DNA of 64,000 nucleotides from NCBI GenBank assembly GCA_963703315.1, contig OY969811.1, forward strand, positions 1,024,001-1,088,000, written 5' to 3'. A program made the translations under genes and the position numbers. Within the stretch, counting starts at the first letter, position 1. Every line of letters begins with the position of its first letter. Positions 47,044 to 56,977 of this stretch are shown piece by piece. The stretch comes from an uncultured cyanobacterium (GTDB taxonomy: Bacteria; Cyanobacteriota; Cyanobacteriia; Pseudanabaenales; Pseudanabaenaceae). The notes under the pieces are model-generated. The model did no database searches. It saw nothing but the letters and a program-made list of their open reading frames with translations, and was not told the DNA's origin.

Positions 47044-49914
47044 TTATTTCTCAGCTTTCGGAACTACTGAGACAATCAAGAGATTGTCAGGTTGTAATAG
47101 CTCCTTTGCCGCGCCATTTACCTGTTCTAGAGTGACCGCCTGAATCCGCTGTGGGAACTTATAAAAATCACCCACTGGCAAGCCATAGCTCTCATCACTC
47201 AGCAGCGAACCAGCAATATTATCAGGATCAGCAAACTCCGTTGCGAAGTTATTAATCAAGCTCTTTTTCGCCACATCAAATTCTGCTTGAGTAATGCCCT
47301 TGTCGCGCACATCCTTTAGTAAACCGATAGTAGCAGCGATCGCCTTTTGGGTATCCTTACCACTGGTTTGCATTTGGATGATAAATGCGCCTTGAGGTGG
47401 CTTACCTGCTTGGAAATAGCTATAAATGCCGTAGGTCAAACCAAGGCGATCGCGAATTTCTGTACCCAAACGACTAGCTAAGGTATCACCACCGAGGACT
47501 TGATTAAGCAAAATCGCAGGATAATACCGCGCATCAGCACGGGAAATACTAGGATGTCCTAATAGAGTGATGGCTTGAGTCTTACCCGCCAGAGCGACTT
47601 GTTTCTCATTAGTGGCAGCAAAATTGGCGATTTTGGGGAATTGGAACTTGGGCGCTTGACCAGTGGCTTTCCAATTACCGAGATTCTCTTCTAGTAGACT
47701 TCGCACCTTTGCAGGATCGAAATCACCTGTGATTGTCAAAATCGTACTGTCAGGACGGTAATAGGTTTTATAGAACTTGTCTAAATCTTCACGCTTTAAG
47801 GATTTGAGCGATTCTTCAGTTCTCAACGCATTAAAGGGATGTCCTTGAGGATAAAGCGTGGATTGGAAGATCCGACGGGCTAGAGAGCTAGGGCTATCCA
47901 ATTCCGATTTTAAGGACAATAAATTGCGCTGAAGGTTTAGGTCAAACTCCTTAGCTGGAAATGTCGCATTTTGGAGAAGATCAGCTAATTGATCGATGAC
48001 GACTGGTAAATCCTTTGCCATCGCAATTCCCGATACTCCAACACTTTCTCGTCCTGCGGAGAACCCTAATCTCGCACCTAGATTTTCTAATCGAGATGCA
48101 AGGGTGAGCGCATCTTTAGTGGTTGTGCCATTGGTGATATTTTGGGCAGTAATCCCTGCTAAACCAGCCTTTTCAACAGAATCAAAACCTGCACCTGCGT
48201 TGATTTCACCAACGAGAGTGATAGTGGGTGTACTGCGATCGCGTAATAGCAGCACCTTTAAACCATTGGATAGGGTGAATTTGTCGGGTTTTACCGCAGC
48301 AGGAGTTTCTGACTTCGCCATCAAGGCACTCTCTGGCAAATACTTGGCAACTTCCGAAGGATCAACAGGCGAACTAGGCTGAAAAGCTTCCGAAGAATGG
48401 GCATTACTAGGTGTTGTTCCTGCTCCTGCCGTAATTACTGATGGTTCAAAATATCCGACCACGCGGCGATCGCTTTGTAGATATTGCTTAGCGACACGCT
48501 GCACATCGGCGATCGTCACTTTTTCCACAGCACTTAAGTAGCGATCGCTATAGCGATAATCCTTAGCGATCGCTTGGTTATAGCCAATTTGACTTGCCTG
48601 TGAACTAATATCCCGATTACCGAGAATATAACTCGCTCGCATACTGGTTTTGGCGCGTTCTAATTCCTCAGAAGTAATTGGCTGAGTTTGCAACTTCTCA
48701 ATTTCCGCAAGAATTAGGCGATCGAGTTCCTCTAGGGGTTTACCTGCGGTTGGTGTGGCGCTTACAAAATACCAACCCGTCCCAATTTGGTTGGATGATC
48801 CACCACTAACACTGCTGGCTAAGCCTGTCTGTACTAAAGCTTGATAAAAGCGTGAACTACGTCCCGATGTAAGGACACTATCTAATACATCGATCGCGGC
48901 GACATCTGCACCATCGATGTTAGGGAGATTTGGATAAACCGCTTGTAAAAATGGCACACTGCCAGGTTCTTTGAGGCGAATTGGTTCCTTTGTTGATTGT
49001 GGTTCTGGTGGTTTAGGTTTTTTCTGCTGTGCTTCAGGGGTAATTAAATCTTTGGGCTTAGGAGGAGCCTTAATTGCGCCGAAGATCTCTTTTACTTTCT
49101 TGAGTGTCGCTTGCGTCTCAAAGTTACCCACAATTACCAGCGTGGCATTGTCAGGACGATAAAAAGTACGGTAATAGTTTTGGATATCCTCAACCGTATA
49201 GTTCTCCACATCTGGACGATAGCCAATCACAGGCCAACCGTAGGAGCTATCGGGATAGGCGGCTAACATAAGCTGACGATAAAGCCTTGTCCCCGGACTA
49301 TTATTACCACCATCAAGCTCTGATAAAACTACAGTGCGCTCACTCTTGAGTTCCTTTTCACCTGCGACCGTATTCACCATGCGATCGGCTTCTAGTGTGA
49401 GCAATGCATCTAGCTTGTCACTAGCTGCTGTGGCAAAGTAGGCGGTCATGTCATAGCTAGTAAAAGCATTGGAGTTACTGCCCAAGGCACTAAGTAGTCG
49501 CCCAAACTGGATCGGGCGATCCGTTGTTCCTTTAAACATTAAATGTTCGAGTTGGTGGGAAATCCCTGTAATCCCACGCTTTTCATTTTGTGATCCAACG
49601 CGATACCAAATTTGGACGCTGACTACAGGAGCCGTATTTACTTCCTTTGTTAATACCGTTAGACCATTATCCAAAACTGTTTTAACAACATCGCCTGTCA
49701 GTGAATCATTGGCTGAAGCAGGCGATCGCGTAGAAGTTTTGGCAATTAGTTCAGGTTGAGCAGCTAGGGCTTGGGCGCTCGACTGTAAAAATGATTGCGG
49801 TAAAAATGATTGCGACAAGAGTGGCAAATTACCGAGCATCACTACCGCGATCGCTGTAGCTAAGCCACGACTCAAAAAAGAGAGCATAAAATTACGCTTC
49901 ACCGAGATCTCCAC
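47044..49914 (-). CDS. M16 family zinc peptidase (pitrilysin-like), exported
   Basis: Signal-like N-terminus; HQLEHLMFKGT (HxxEH), NAFTSYDMT; second, inactive M16 half. Confidence 0.92.
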   Translation of the reverse strand: MEISVKRNFMLSFLSRGLATAIAVVMLGNLPLLSQSFLPQSFLQSSAQALAAQPELIAKTSTRSPASANDSLTGDVVKTVLDNGLTVLTKEVNTAPVVSVQIWYRVGSQNEKRGITGISHQLEHLMFKGTTDRPIQFGRLLSALGSNSNAFTSYDMTAYFATAASDKLDALLTLEADRMVNTVAGEKELKSERTVVLSELDGGNNSPGTRLYRQLMLAAYPDSSYGWPVIGYRPDVENYTVEDIQNYYRTFYRPDNATLVIVGNFETQATLKKVKEIFGAIKAPPKPKDLITPEAQQKKPKPPEPQSTKEPIRLKEPGSVPFLQAVYPNLPNIDGADVAAIDVLDSVLTSGRSSRFYQALVQTGLASSVSGGSSNQIGTGWYFVSATPTAGKPLEELDRLILAEIEKLQTQPITSEELERAKTSMRASYILGNRDISSQASQIGYNQAIAKDYRYSDRYLSAVEKVTIADVQRVAKQYLQSDRRVVGYFEPSVITAGAGTTPSNAHSSEAFQPSSPVDPSEVAKYLPESALMAKSETPAAVKPDKFTLSNGLKVLLLRDRSTPTITLVGEINAGAGFDSVEKAGLAGITAQNITNGTTTKDALTLASRLENLGARLGFSAGRESVGVSGIAMAKDLPVVIDQLADLLQNATFPAKEFDLNLQRNLLSLKSELDSPSSLARRIFQSTLYPQGHPFNALRTEESLKSLKREDLDKFYKTYYRPDSTILTITGDFDPAKVRSLLEENLGNWKATGQAPKFQFPKIANFAATNEKQVALAGKTQAITLLGHPSISRADARYYPAILLNQVLGGDTLASRLGTEIRDRLGLTYGIYSYFQAGKPPQGAFIIQMQTSGKDTQKAIAATIGLLKDVRDKGITQAEFDVAKKSLINNFATEFADPDNIAGSLLSDESYGLPVGDFYKFPQRIQAVTLEQVNGAAKELLQPDNLLIVSVVPKAEK

Positions 49915-49967
49915 GAAATACAGCTTTTATTATAATCATGCAGTCAGAGCTAGATGGTTTTGATCTC

Positions 49968-50070
49968 TAAGTAGCTAGGCATAAGTAAACTTAAAACCTA
50001 GAAGCTTGTGCCGCCTGCTACGCAGGCGGTGCAAGCTCTGGTTTTGGGTTTGCTTATGCCTAGCTACTTA
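49968..50070. mobile_element. Second MITE-like family (TAAGTAGCTAGGCATAA ends)
   Basis: TAAGTAGCTAGGCATAAGTAAAC ... GTTTGCTTATGCCTAGCTACTTA inverted ends around a central hairpin; related copy at 57325. Confidence 0.7.
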
Positions 50071-50145
50071 TTACTTAGATTGATCGCTGGTTGCGAAGCT
50101 AAGCATAATGGGATTAGCTGATAATTTCACTCGACATAAAGTTTC

Positions 50146-53100
50146 ATGATCGTCAATAAGTTAGATTTGATTGATCTTTCCAAGATTCTTTCGCCAGAGC
50201 ATTTACTCAAGTTGCCTTTAGCGAATGATAGCAATAGTTTAAATAAGCCTTTTTATAATGAGTTGTTGTATATCATTGGGCTTGCGGAAACTAAGGAGGG
50301 TGGCAAGAAGCTAATTGGGAGGGTAAAAGAAGGCGATCGCCATGATGGTTCTTTGATTGAGAATGCGATCACTCGTTTAGATAGTTTGGATAAGATTTCG
50401 CAATTAAAGAAGCCTGAAGAGTTTGGGGATAGTTACGAGGAGCAGCTTTTCAATGTGGCGCTAAGGTTGTCGATTAATTGGATTAATCGCATCTTGTTTC
50501 TAAAGCTATTGGAGGCGCAGTTAATTAAGTATCATCAAGGCGATCGCGATTTTTCTTTTCTGAATTTAGGAAAAGTTCAAAATTATGATGATCTTGATAG
50601 TTTATTTTTTGATGTGTTGACAAGGGAGCAGGACAAGCGCAAGGCAAAGATTAAAGCCACTTTTGCGAATGTGCCTTATTTGAATAGTTCGCTATTTGAG
50701 CCAACGGAGACGGAGCAGGAGACGATTGTAATTAGTAATCTCAAGGATCGGAGTCTGCCAATTTTTTGGGCGACGGTGCTCAAAGATAGTAATGGCAAAA
50801 GGCGATCGGGTGAGTTGAATGCGTTGGCTTATTTGTTTGAGTTTTTGGAAGCCTATGATTTTAGTAGTGATGAGTTGGAGAGTGGGCAGGAAGATCGCGA
50901 GAAGTTAATTAATGCTTCGGTGTTGGGGTTGATCTTTGAGAAGATTAATGGCTATAAGGATGGGTCTTTTTATACGCCGAGTTTCATTACGATGTATATG
51001 TGTCGGGAGACGATACGGTGTGCAGTAGTGCAGAAGTTTAATGAGGAGAAGGGTTGGAGTTGTGAGAATATTCAGGATCTCTGTGAGGATTTGGGTCGTT
51101 ATATTAAGGAGTCAGATAGAGTAGTTCGCAGAAATGAGGCTAATGGAATTATGAATAGTCTCAAGATTTGCGATCCTGCGGTGGGTTCGGGGCATTTTTT
51201 GGTGTCGGCTTTGAATGAGATGATCGCGATTAAGCATTATCTGGGGATTTTGGGCGATCGGCATGGTGAGGTGTTGAGTCAGTATGAGATTGAGGTGGTG
51301 AATGATAAGTTGAAGGTGACTTTGGATGGTAAGTTGTTTGCCTATAATCCTAAAAACAAGGAAAGTCAAAGAGTTCAGGAAACGCTGTTTCATGAGAAGC
51401 AGTCGATTATTGAGGGTTGTTTGTTTGGGGTGGATATTAATCCCAATTCGGTGACGATTTGCCGTTTGCGGTTGTGGATTGAGCTTTTGAAGAATGCTTA
51501 TTATCGGGTTGATGGCAATCTCGAAACTTTGCCAAATATCGACATTAATATCAAGTGTGGGAATTCTTTGATTAGTCGGTTTGGGTTGGATGTGGATGTG
51601 AAGCAGGTTTTGCAGAAGCAGAAGTTTAGTATTGAGCAGTATCGGAATGCGGTGCAGTCTTATCGCAGTGCGGAGAGTAAGGCGCAAAAGCGCGAGATGG
51701 AGGGTTTGATTGCGAAGATTAAGGCTGGTTTTAGTTCGAGTTTGTTGGCTGGTGATCCTAAGAAGGTGAAGTTACGGCAGTTGCAGGCAGAGCTTTATGG
51801 TGTGGAAAATCAGATGTTGTTATTGGAGGAGACTAGGTTGGAGGTTAAGGCGAGGGAGAAGAGGGTTAATAAGTTAAATAATGAGATTGATAAGTTAAGT
51901 GCGGAGATTGAGGATATTGAAAGCGGTCGGCTATATGAGAATGCTCTGGAATGGCGGTTTGAGTTTCCTGAAGTTTTGAATGATGATGGTGATTTTGTTG
52001 GGTTTGATGTTGTGATTGGAAATCCGCCATATATTCGACAAGAAGAAATTAAGGAACAGAAACCACATTTACAGGCTAATTTTACAACTTATTCGGGAAC
52101 GGCTGATTTGTATGTATTTTTTGTTGAAAAAGGCTTTCAAGTCTTAAAGGATAAAGGTCAATTTTGCTACATCATGCCTAACAAGTGGATGCAAGCAGGT
52201 TATGGAAAAGCGTTAAGAAATTACTTCTTAGAAACTCAATTACAATCAATTATTGATTTTGGTGATTTGCAAGTATTTGAAGAAGCAACTACTTATCCTT
52301 GTATTATCAATGCTTCAAAACAAAAGAGCAGTAATAATTTTATTTCTGCTGTAGTGAAAACACTTAATTACAGTGATGGATTTGTAGAATATCTAGAAAG
52401 TATCTCTAATAAAATCACAGCCGAATCGTTAAGTGATGAAACTTGGATGATTTCTTCTAGTAACGATCAAGATTTACTTTCAAGAATAAAAAGCAAATTT
52501 TTTGCATTGACTGAATATATTGGTGGTGAAGCTCATTATGGAATAAAGACAGGGTTAACAGAAGCATTTGTAATTAGTGATGAAACTCAAAACGGACTAA
52601 TTAGTAGAGACAACAAAAGTTCAGAAATAATTCGTCCATTTGTTTTAGGGCGTAATATAAAACCTTATGCAATACCTGAAGCAGAAAAATATTTAATAAA
52701 ATTTGAGAAGGGATTTACTAATTCACACAGAAAAAATCAAGAGGCTTGGGCATGGTTATTTAGTGAATATCCAGTCATTTGTGATTATTTAATTCCATTC
52801 AAGGACAAAGCAGAAAAAAGAACAGATAAAGGTGATTATTGGTGGGAACTAAGAGCGTGTGATTATTATCAAGAATTTGAAAAACCTAAAATAATGTATC
52901 AAAAGTTTCAAGTAAAGCCATGTTTTATCTATGACGATCAAGGTCTTTACTGTAATGATTCTATGTGGATTATTTCAAAGGATGACAAAGTTCTTCTAGC
53001 TATTCTTAACTCAAATATGGGTTGGTGGCTAATTTCAAAATATTGCACCGCTATTCAAAACGGTTATCAATTAATCTGGAAATACTTTGGACAAATCCCC

Positions 53101-53283
53101 ATTCCAAAAGCAAATTCAAAACAAGCAAAACTAATCACCTCAATTGTTGATAAAATCCTCACTGCTAAAAAGGGCGATCGCCATGCTGATACGAGTAAAT
53201 TAGAAAAGGAGATCGATGCTTTAGTTTATCAACTTTATGAGTTGACAGAAGAAGAAATTAAAATAGTAGAAGGAGAGAGGTGA
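50146..53283 (+). CDS. Type IIG (Eco57I-like) R-M protein: N6-adenine MTase + TRD, apparently lacking the N-terminal nuclease domain
   Basis: GSFYTP, CDPAVGSGHFL (motif I), GVDIN, DVVIGNPPY (motif IV), TaqI-like C-terminal TRD, EIDALVYQLYELTEEEI. Confidence 0.88.
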   Translation: MIVNKLDLIDLSKILSPEHLLKLPLANDSNSLNKPFYNELLYIIGLAETKEGGKKLIGRVKEGDRHDGSLIENAITRLDSLDKISQLKKPEEFGDSYEEQLFNVALRLSINWINRILFLKLLEAQLIKYHQGDRDFSFLNLGKVQNYDDLDSLFFDVLTREQDKRKAKIKATFANVPYLNSSLFEPTETEQETIVISNLKDRSLPIFWATVLKDSNGKRRSGELNALAYLFEFLEAYDFSSDELESGQEDREKLINASVLGLIFEKINGYKDGSFYTPSFITMYMCRETIRCAVVQKFNEEKGWSCENIQDLCEDLGRYIKESDRVVRRNEANGIMNSLKICDPAVGSGHFLVSALNEMIAIKHYLGILGDRHGEVLSQYEIEVVNDKLKVTLDGKLFAYNPKNKESQRVQETLFHEKQSIIEGCLFGVDINPNSVTICRLRLWIELLKNAYYRVDGNLETLPNIDINIKCGNSLISRFGLDVDVKQVLQKQKFSIEQYRNAVQSYRSAESKAQKREMEGLIAKIKAGFSSSLLAGDPKKVKLRQLQAELYGVENQMLLLEETRLEVKAREKRVNKLNNEIDKLSAEIEDIESGRLYENALEWRFEFPEVLNDDGDFVGFDVVIGNPPYIRQEEIKEQKPHLQANFTTYSGTADLYVFFVEKGFQVLKDKGQFCYIMPNKWMQAGYGKALRNYFLETQLQSIIDFGDLQVFEEATTYPCIINASKQKSSNNFISAVVKTLNYSDGFVEYLESISNKITAESLSDETWMISSSNDQDLLSRIKSKFFALTEYIGGEAHYGIKTGLTEAFVISDETQNGLISRDNKSSEIIRPFVLGRNIKPYAIPEAEKYLIKFEKGFTNSHRKNQEAWAWLFSEYPVICDYLIPFKDKAEKRTDKGDYWWELRACDYYQEFEKPKIMYQKFQVKPCFIYDDQGLYCNDSMWIISKDDKVLLAILNSNMGWWLISKYCTAIQNGYQLIWKYFGQIPIPKANSKQAKLITSIVDKILTAKKGDRHADTSKLEKEIDALVYQLYELTEEEIKIVEGER

Positions 53284-53373
53284 CAAGGGAAATATGTGAG
53301 TAATGTGAATTAGAACAAAATTATTGAGATTTGGCTATAATGCAAGACGATCAGACTTATTAGGAGATCTAAA

Positions 53374-53598
53374 ATGGTTACATTAGAAGAAGCAATTTCG
53401 ACAGTTAATCAACTTTCAATTGAACAAAGAGAAATGCTTTTAGAAATTGTTAAAAATCAAATGATCGAAGCCCGTCGCGAGGAAATCGCTCAAGATGCCA
53501 AAGAAGCGATCGCTGCCTTTCATCGTGGAGAGCTAAAACCTCAACCCATAGAGGAAATCATTTCTGAATTACAAGCAACTTTGGTAGAAGACTCATGA
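53374..53598 (+). CDS. Putative antitoxin
   Basis: LEEAI..VNQLSIEQREMLLEI...RREEIAQDAKEA...GEL; ATGA overlap with the toxin start. Confidence 0.75.
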   Translation: MVTLEEAISTVNQLSIEQREMLLEIVKNQMIEARREEIAQDAKEAIAAFHRGELKPQPIEEIISELQATLVEDS

Positions 53599-53989
53599 GA
53601 GAGCTAGTTTTAACGCCAAAATTCAAACGATCATTTCGGAAATTTATCAAACGCAATTCTCAGCTTGAACCAAAATTGATTCAAATATAGCGGTAGCCAG
53701 TTATGTTAGGACAAACCCAAAACCCAAAAGAGAGTTGCGGCGCTACGCGCCGCAACTCTCTTTTGGGTTTTATGTCTTAACTAAAATGGCTATAGCTATA
53801 TTACAATTGATGAAAGAAGACGTTTTTGCAACTCAGTTGAGTACTCATTCACTACAAGGAAAACTCTCAGGATTAAAAGCCTGTTCCTGTGGCTATGACT
53901 GTAGAATTCTATTTACAATAGAAATTTCTCAAGAGCAGACAGAAGTAATAGTTTTACTTGATATTGCTACTCACAATGAAGTCTACTAG
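53595..53989 (+). pseudogene. RelE/YafQ-like mRNA interferase toxin split by a MITE
   Basis: Removing 53688-53800 gives a 93-aa ORF MRELVLTPKFKRSFRKFIKRNSQLEPKLIQI|LQLMKEDVF...THSLQGKL...CSCGYDCRILF...LDIATHNEVY. Confidence 0.88.
53688..53798. mobile_element. 111-bp MITE with IS630-type TIRs and a TA duplication
   Basis: TAGCGGTAGCCAGTTATGTTAGGACA...GTCTTAACTAAAATGGCTATAGCTA; TA at 53686-53687 and 53799-53800; central perfect hairpin. Confidence 0.9.
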
Positions 53990-54294
53990 CGATCGCCATG
54001 CTGATACGAGTAAATTAGAAAAGGAGTTGAGAAACAAACTTATATACCTCGCTTGCTTGAAAAGCACTATATACATTACTCACGAGCTTTTATGAGCTTT
54101 TTTATCTGGTTTCTGAATTTTATGGAGATTACTAATGTACTTAAGAAGGCATATAATCTTAAAATAGTTTGCTAGTTGTACCGAGCTAAACCAAAAGTAA
54201 ATAGTTAAGACTTATACTACTTAACTAACTAGCTTGAGCAACTATCTAGCTTTAGCAATAAATCCTCCGAAATTCTGAACTTTGACGAAGATTC

Positions 54295-54924
54295 ATGCCA
54301 TCTCCTACTTCTTCTCTCCGAAATACCTTTGCTAGAACTGAGATCCGCCGTCTGCAAGATCTACTGCCTCCAGAATTGCAAGCATGGGTCAAGGTTCTTA
54401 ATGCCGATGGTGTCCGTCCGCCACTGATCGCCTGTGAAGAGGCGGGTGGCGACGAGGTAGTGATTTTAGTCGATATGGTGCGCTGGGAAAGGCTTGCCGA
54501 AGATCAGCGCAATCTCCTCTATTGGCATGAGGTCGCCCGCATCCAAAACGATGCTGTCCCCAAGGATGGGTGGGAAGTCGCAGCTTTGGCGATCGGTCTT
54601 GGTGGTGCAGTTGGTGAACTGTGGGTACAAAATGGTTTGTTGTTTGTACTAGCGCTCGGTATTTGCGGTGTGGCTGGTTTTCAGCTATGGCGCAAAGGGA
54701 CTAGCAAAAAAGATATTCGTAACTTAATTGAGGCTGACCAAGGAGCGATTCGTTTGGCAGTGCGAAATGGTTATCCTTTGCCTGCGGCTTATAAAAGTTT
54801 GGGCAGTGCATTGAAAATTATGCTTAACGATGCATCAAAGGGGCGATCGCGGACATTAATCGAAAAGCGGCTTGATGCATTACGATCTGAGGCAAATAAA
54901 GCTAGACGGAATTACGAGAATTAA
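54295..54924 (+). CDS. DUF3318-like cyanobacterial membrane protein
   Basis: EIRRLQDLLPPEL, QRNLLYWHEVARIQND, ALAIGLGGAVGELW. Confidence 0.8.
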   Translation: MPSPTSSLRNTFARTEIRRLQDLLPPELQAWVKVLNADGVRPPLIACEEAGGDEVVILVDMVRWERLAEDQRNLLYWHEVARIQNDAVPKDGWEVAALAIGLGGAVGELWVQNGLLFVLALGICGVAGFQLWRKGTSKKDIRNLIEADQGAIRLAVRNGYPLPAAYKSLGSALKIMLNDASKGRSRTLIEKRLDALRSEANKARRNYEN

Positions 54925-54957
54925 AACAAGAGAGGGCGCAAAGCGCCCTCTCTTGTT
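54925..54957. terminator. Hairpin between convergent genes
   Basis: AAACAAGAGAGGGCGC-AAA-GCGCCCTCTCTTGTTT. Confidence 0.7.
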
Positions 54958-56615
54958 TATTTTAGAATTACTACCTCGCCCCGATCGCTTGCGGCTCTAA
55001 ATTCTTCGCCAAAATCACAATTAACTAGTTCACCAAGTTGGATATTACCCTCGAAGTTTGGTAATAAGGGATTAATTTCGAGCGATCGCAGACATAGTGA
55101 TAAGCGAGTTATTTCGACAGCTTCTTCAGTGACATCACAGCCAAAGAGGTTATGCTGCAAAATATGTGTAATTACTTCCGTTGGTGTTTGAGGGGCGATC
55201 GCTTCCGCACTGGGAGAAAACTTATTAAGTAAATGATGGATGCGTTCATGTTCAGAAATCAAAAACTCTAAAGCCGTTGCCAGAAATACCCCTGCACCAC
55301 ATTTAGAATGCACAATTTTAATTTTGAGTAATCGCTCTTGATAATTTTGGCAATAGGTCAAAGGATCTTGATTGCCTTGCTCATCATTATTTGTAAATGA
55401 TAAATGTTGTTGCAAAGTCCGAATTACTGACTCACTTTGTAAAATCGTCTTGCATGGTAACTTCGGAGTACGGCGCTTGCTGAGACTGGCGAGGTCTTTG
55501 CGATAGTGAGATAATTCTTTAATAGAGTCGTCAAACAAAGCCATGAGGATATGGCGCGTGACATCTTCATTAAAATCAAAACGCGCAATTTCTTTAATTT
55601 GACGGCACAACTCATCACCGACAAATAAGGCACTATCTAAGAGGCGATCGCTGGCAAATAAACTGCATGGATAGGCATTAATGGGACTGTGATAATTGGA
55701 ATTACCTTGTTGTACCCAACGAAATATGGCTTTGTAATTTTCCCAAATATGCTGCTCGATATAGGGATTTACAAATTCGTAGGCATCTTTGATTAAGTGT
55801 TCAGGAAGCAGATGCCGATCTTCGCAATAGGCAACAAACAAGATGCGGTTGAGCAGCTTTTGCGCTTGATAAATTGCTGTGGCGATCGCCTCTTCTAGTT
55901 TAATGTCGAGATGAGTTTGCTCCGCTTGAGTAGGATGTGCTAGCAGTTGGAGCCGATAGCGAAAATCCTTAATTAGCTGACTGCGAATTTTAGAATAGTG
56001 ACTATAGAAGTTTTTGAGAATCTCTGACTCTAGTTGATGGGACTCTTCTAATAACTGCGTGGTACGCGATCGCTCCTCACTATTAGCAATTCCCTGTAGA
56101 AGCGTTCGCCGTGACAATAGAAAATAAAAAGCTTTGAGTTGATCTAGATCTACCAACGATTCCCAAGCAAATCTTTGGCAAAATAAACTAGATACATTGC
56201 GATGATAAAGACAAATTTCGCGATAATCTAGCACGATGAGCCATTCAGTTGTCTCATGCTCTGCCTCTGGCTTAATGATCGCCCCTGCCTCGGCAGTATT
56301 TACCCTAATTTCGACAATTACATTAGTTGCAGTGTCCGTAAAAAAGCCAAGAGCGGGATGGGGATGTAGCTCTAGTTCCCATGCCCCACTATTGACCTCA
56401 AAGGGAGATTGATATCCCAAAATATCAACGAAAATATCATGCAAAAATTGCGCTTCGGCAATGGGATTTGATGGTTCCGCATCGTTAGCAAATCCTAGCC
56501 ACTTATGAATTACTTGAAAGCGATCGCCTAAGTCTCTAGGAAAGCCAAAGGAATTAACCCGCCTTGCGAGTGGTTTAGGATGAAATAGAGAATAGTAAGG
56601 CGATCGCTGATTCAT
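54957..56615 (-). CDS. Degenerate type IIG R-M / MTase-like protein lacking the catalytic NPPY motif
   Basis: FLHDIFVDILGY, EWLIVLDYREICLYH, AQKLLNRILFVAYCEDR, HSKCGAGVFL (degenerate motif I), NLFGCDV..EAVEITRLSL; ends before motif IV. Confidence 0.65.
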   Translation of the reverse strand: MNQRSPYYSLFHPKPLARRVNSFGFPRDLGDRFQVIHKWLGFANDAEPSNPIAEAQFLHDIFVDILGYQSPFEVNSGAWELELHPHPALGFFTDTATNVIVEIRVNTAEAGAIIKPEAEHETTEWLIVLDYREICLYHRNVSSLFCQRFAWESLVDLDQLKAFYFLLSRRTLLQGIANSEERSRTTQLLEESHQLESEILKNFYSHYSKIRSQLIKDFRYRLQLLAHPTQAEQTHLDIKLEEAIATAIYQAQKLLNRILFVAYCEDRHLLPEHLIKDAYEFVNPYIEQHIWENYKAIFRWVQQGNSNYHSPINAYPCSLFASDRLLDSALFVGDELCRQIKEIARFDFNEDVTRHILMALFDDSIKELSHYRKDLASLSKRRTPKLPCKTILQSESVIRTLQQHLSFTNNDEQGNQDPLTYCQNYQERLLKIKIVHSKCGAGVFLATALEFLISEHERIHHLLNKFSPSAEAIAPQTPTEVITHILQHNLFGCDVTEEAVEITRLSLCLRSLEINPLLPNFEGNIQLGELVNCDFGEEFRAASDRGEVVILK

Positions 56616-56953
56616 TCATCTTTGACAGCATTTGTCGCAGTATTTTGAGCTAACTTCTTTTCCGCCTCTACTTCTGCAAGTAAACTTTCGCGCTCTTCAG
56701 GCGACATTTCTGCTAACTTTTTGGTCAGAACCGCTTTTTTATAATCATCTAGCTGCTGATTGTAGGTCATGGTTTGGGTAACGGCACGAAATAAATAGGT
56801 GGAAACCCAAGCCAGTAACACACCCACTAAAACCACTTGGCTCCAAACACCCGCATTAGTGGCATCGAGACCAGAGGTACGAAATAGCCAAAAGGCAACT
56901 CCACCAAATACAAAAAAAGCAAACACAATTGCTATGGCATCAATGCGGCGCAT
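56612..56953 (-). CDS. DUF3007-family membrane protein
   Basis: MRRIDAI, AGVWSQ, WVSTYLFRA, MTYNQQL..Y; typical neighbour of ndhL. Confidence 0.85.
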   Translation of the reverse strand: MRRIDAIAIVFAFFVFGGVAFWLFRTSGLDATNAGVWSQVVLVGVLLAWVSTYLFRAVTQTMTYNQQLDDYKKAVLTKKLAEMSPEERESLLAEVEAEKKLAQNTATNAVKDE

Positions 56954-56977
56954 AGTTTTGATCTCTAAATTTGATCT

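Larger units (their letters stand above)
53174..54026 (+). repeat. 38-bp direct repeat (53174-53211 and 53989-54026) bracketing the TA cassette
   Basis: GCGATCGCCATGCTGATACGAGTAAATTAGAAAAGGAG occurs identically twice and begins with HIP1. Confidence 0.92.

Noticed and set aside
53735..53989. 84-aa ORF as an independent gene
   Set aside because: Its start lies inside the MITE; it is the 3' half of the split toxin.
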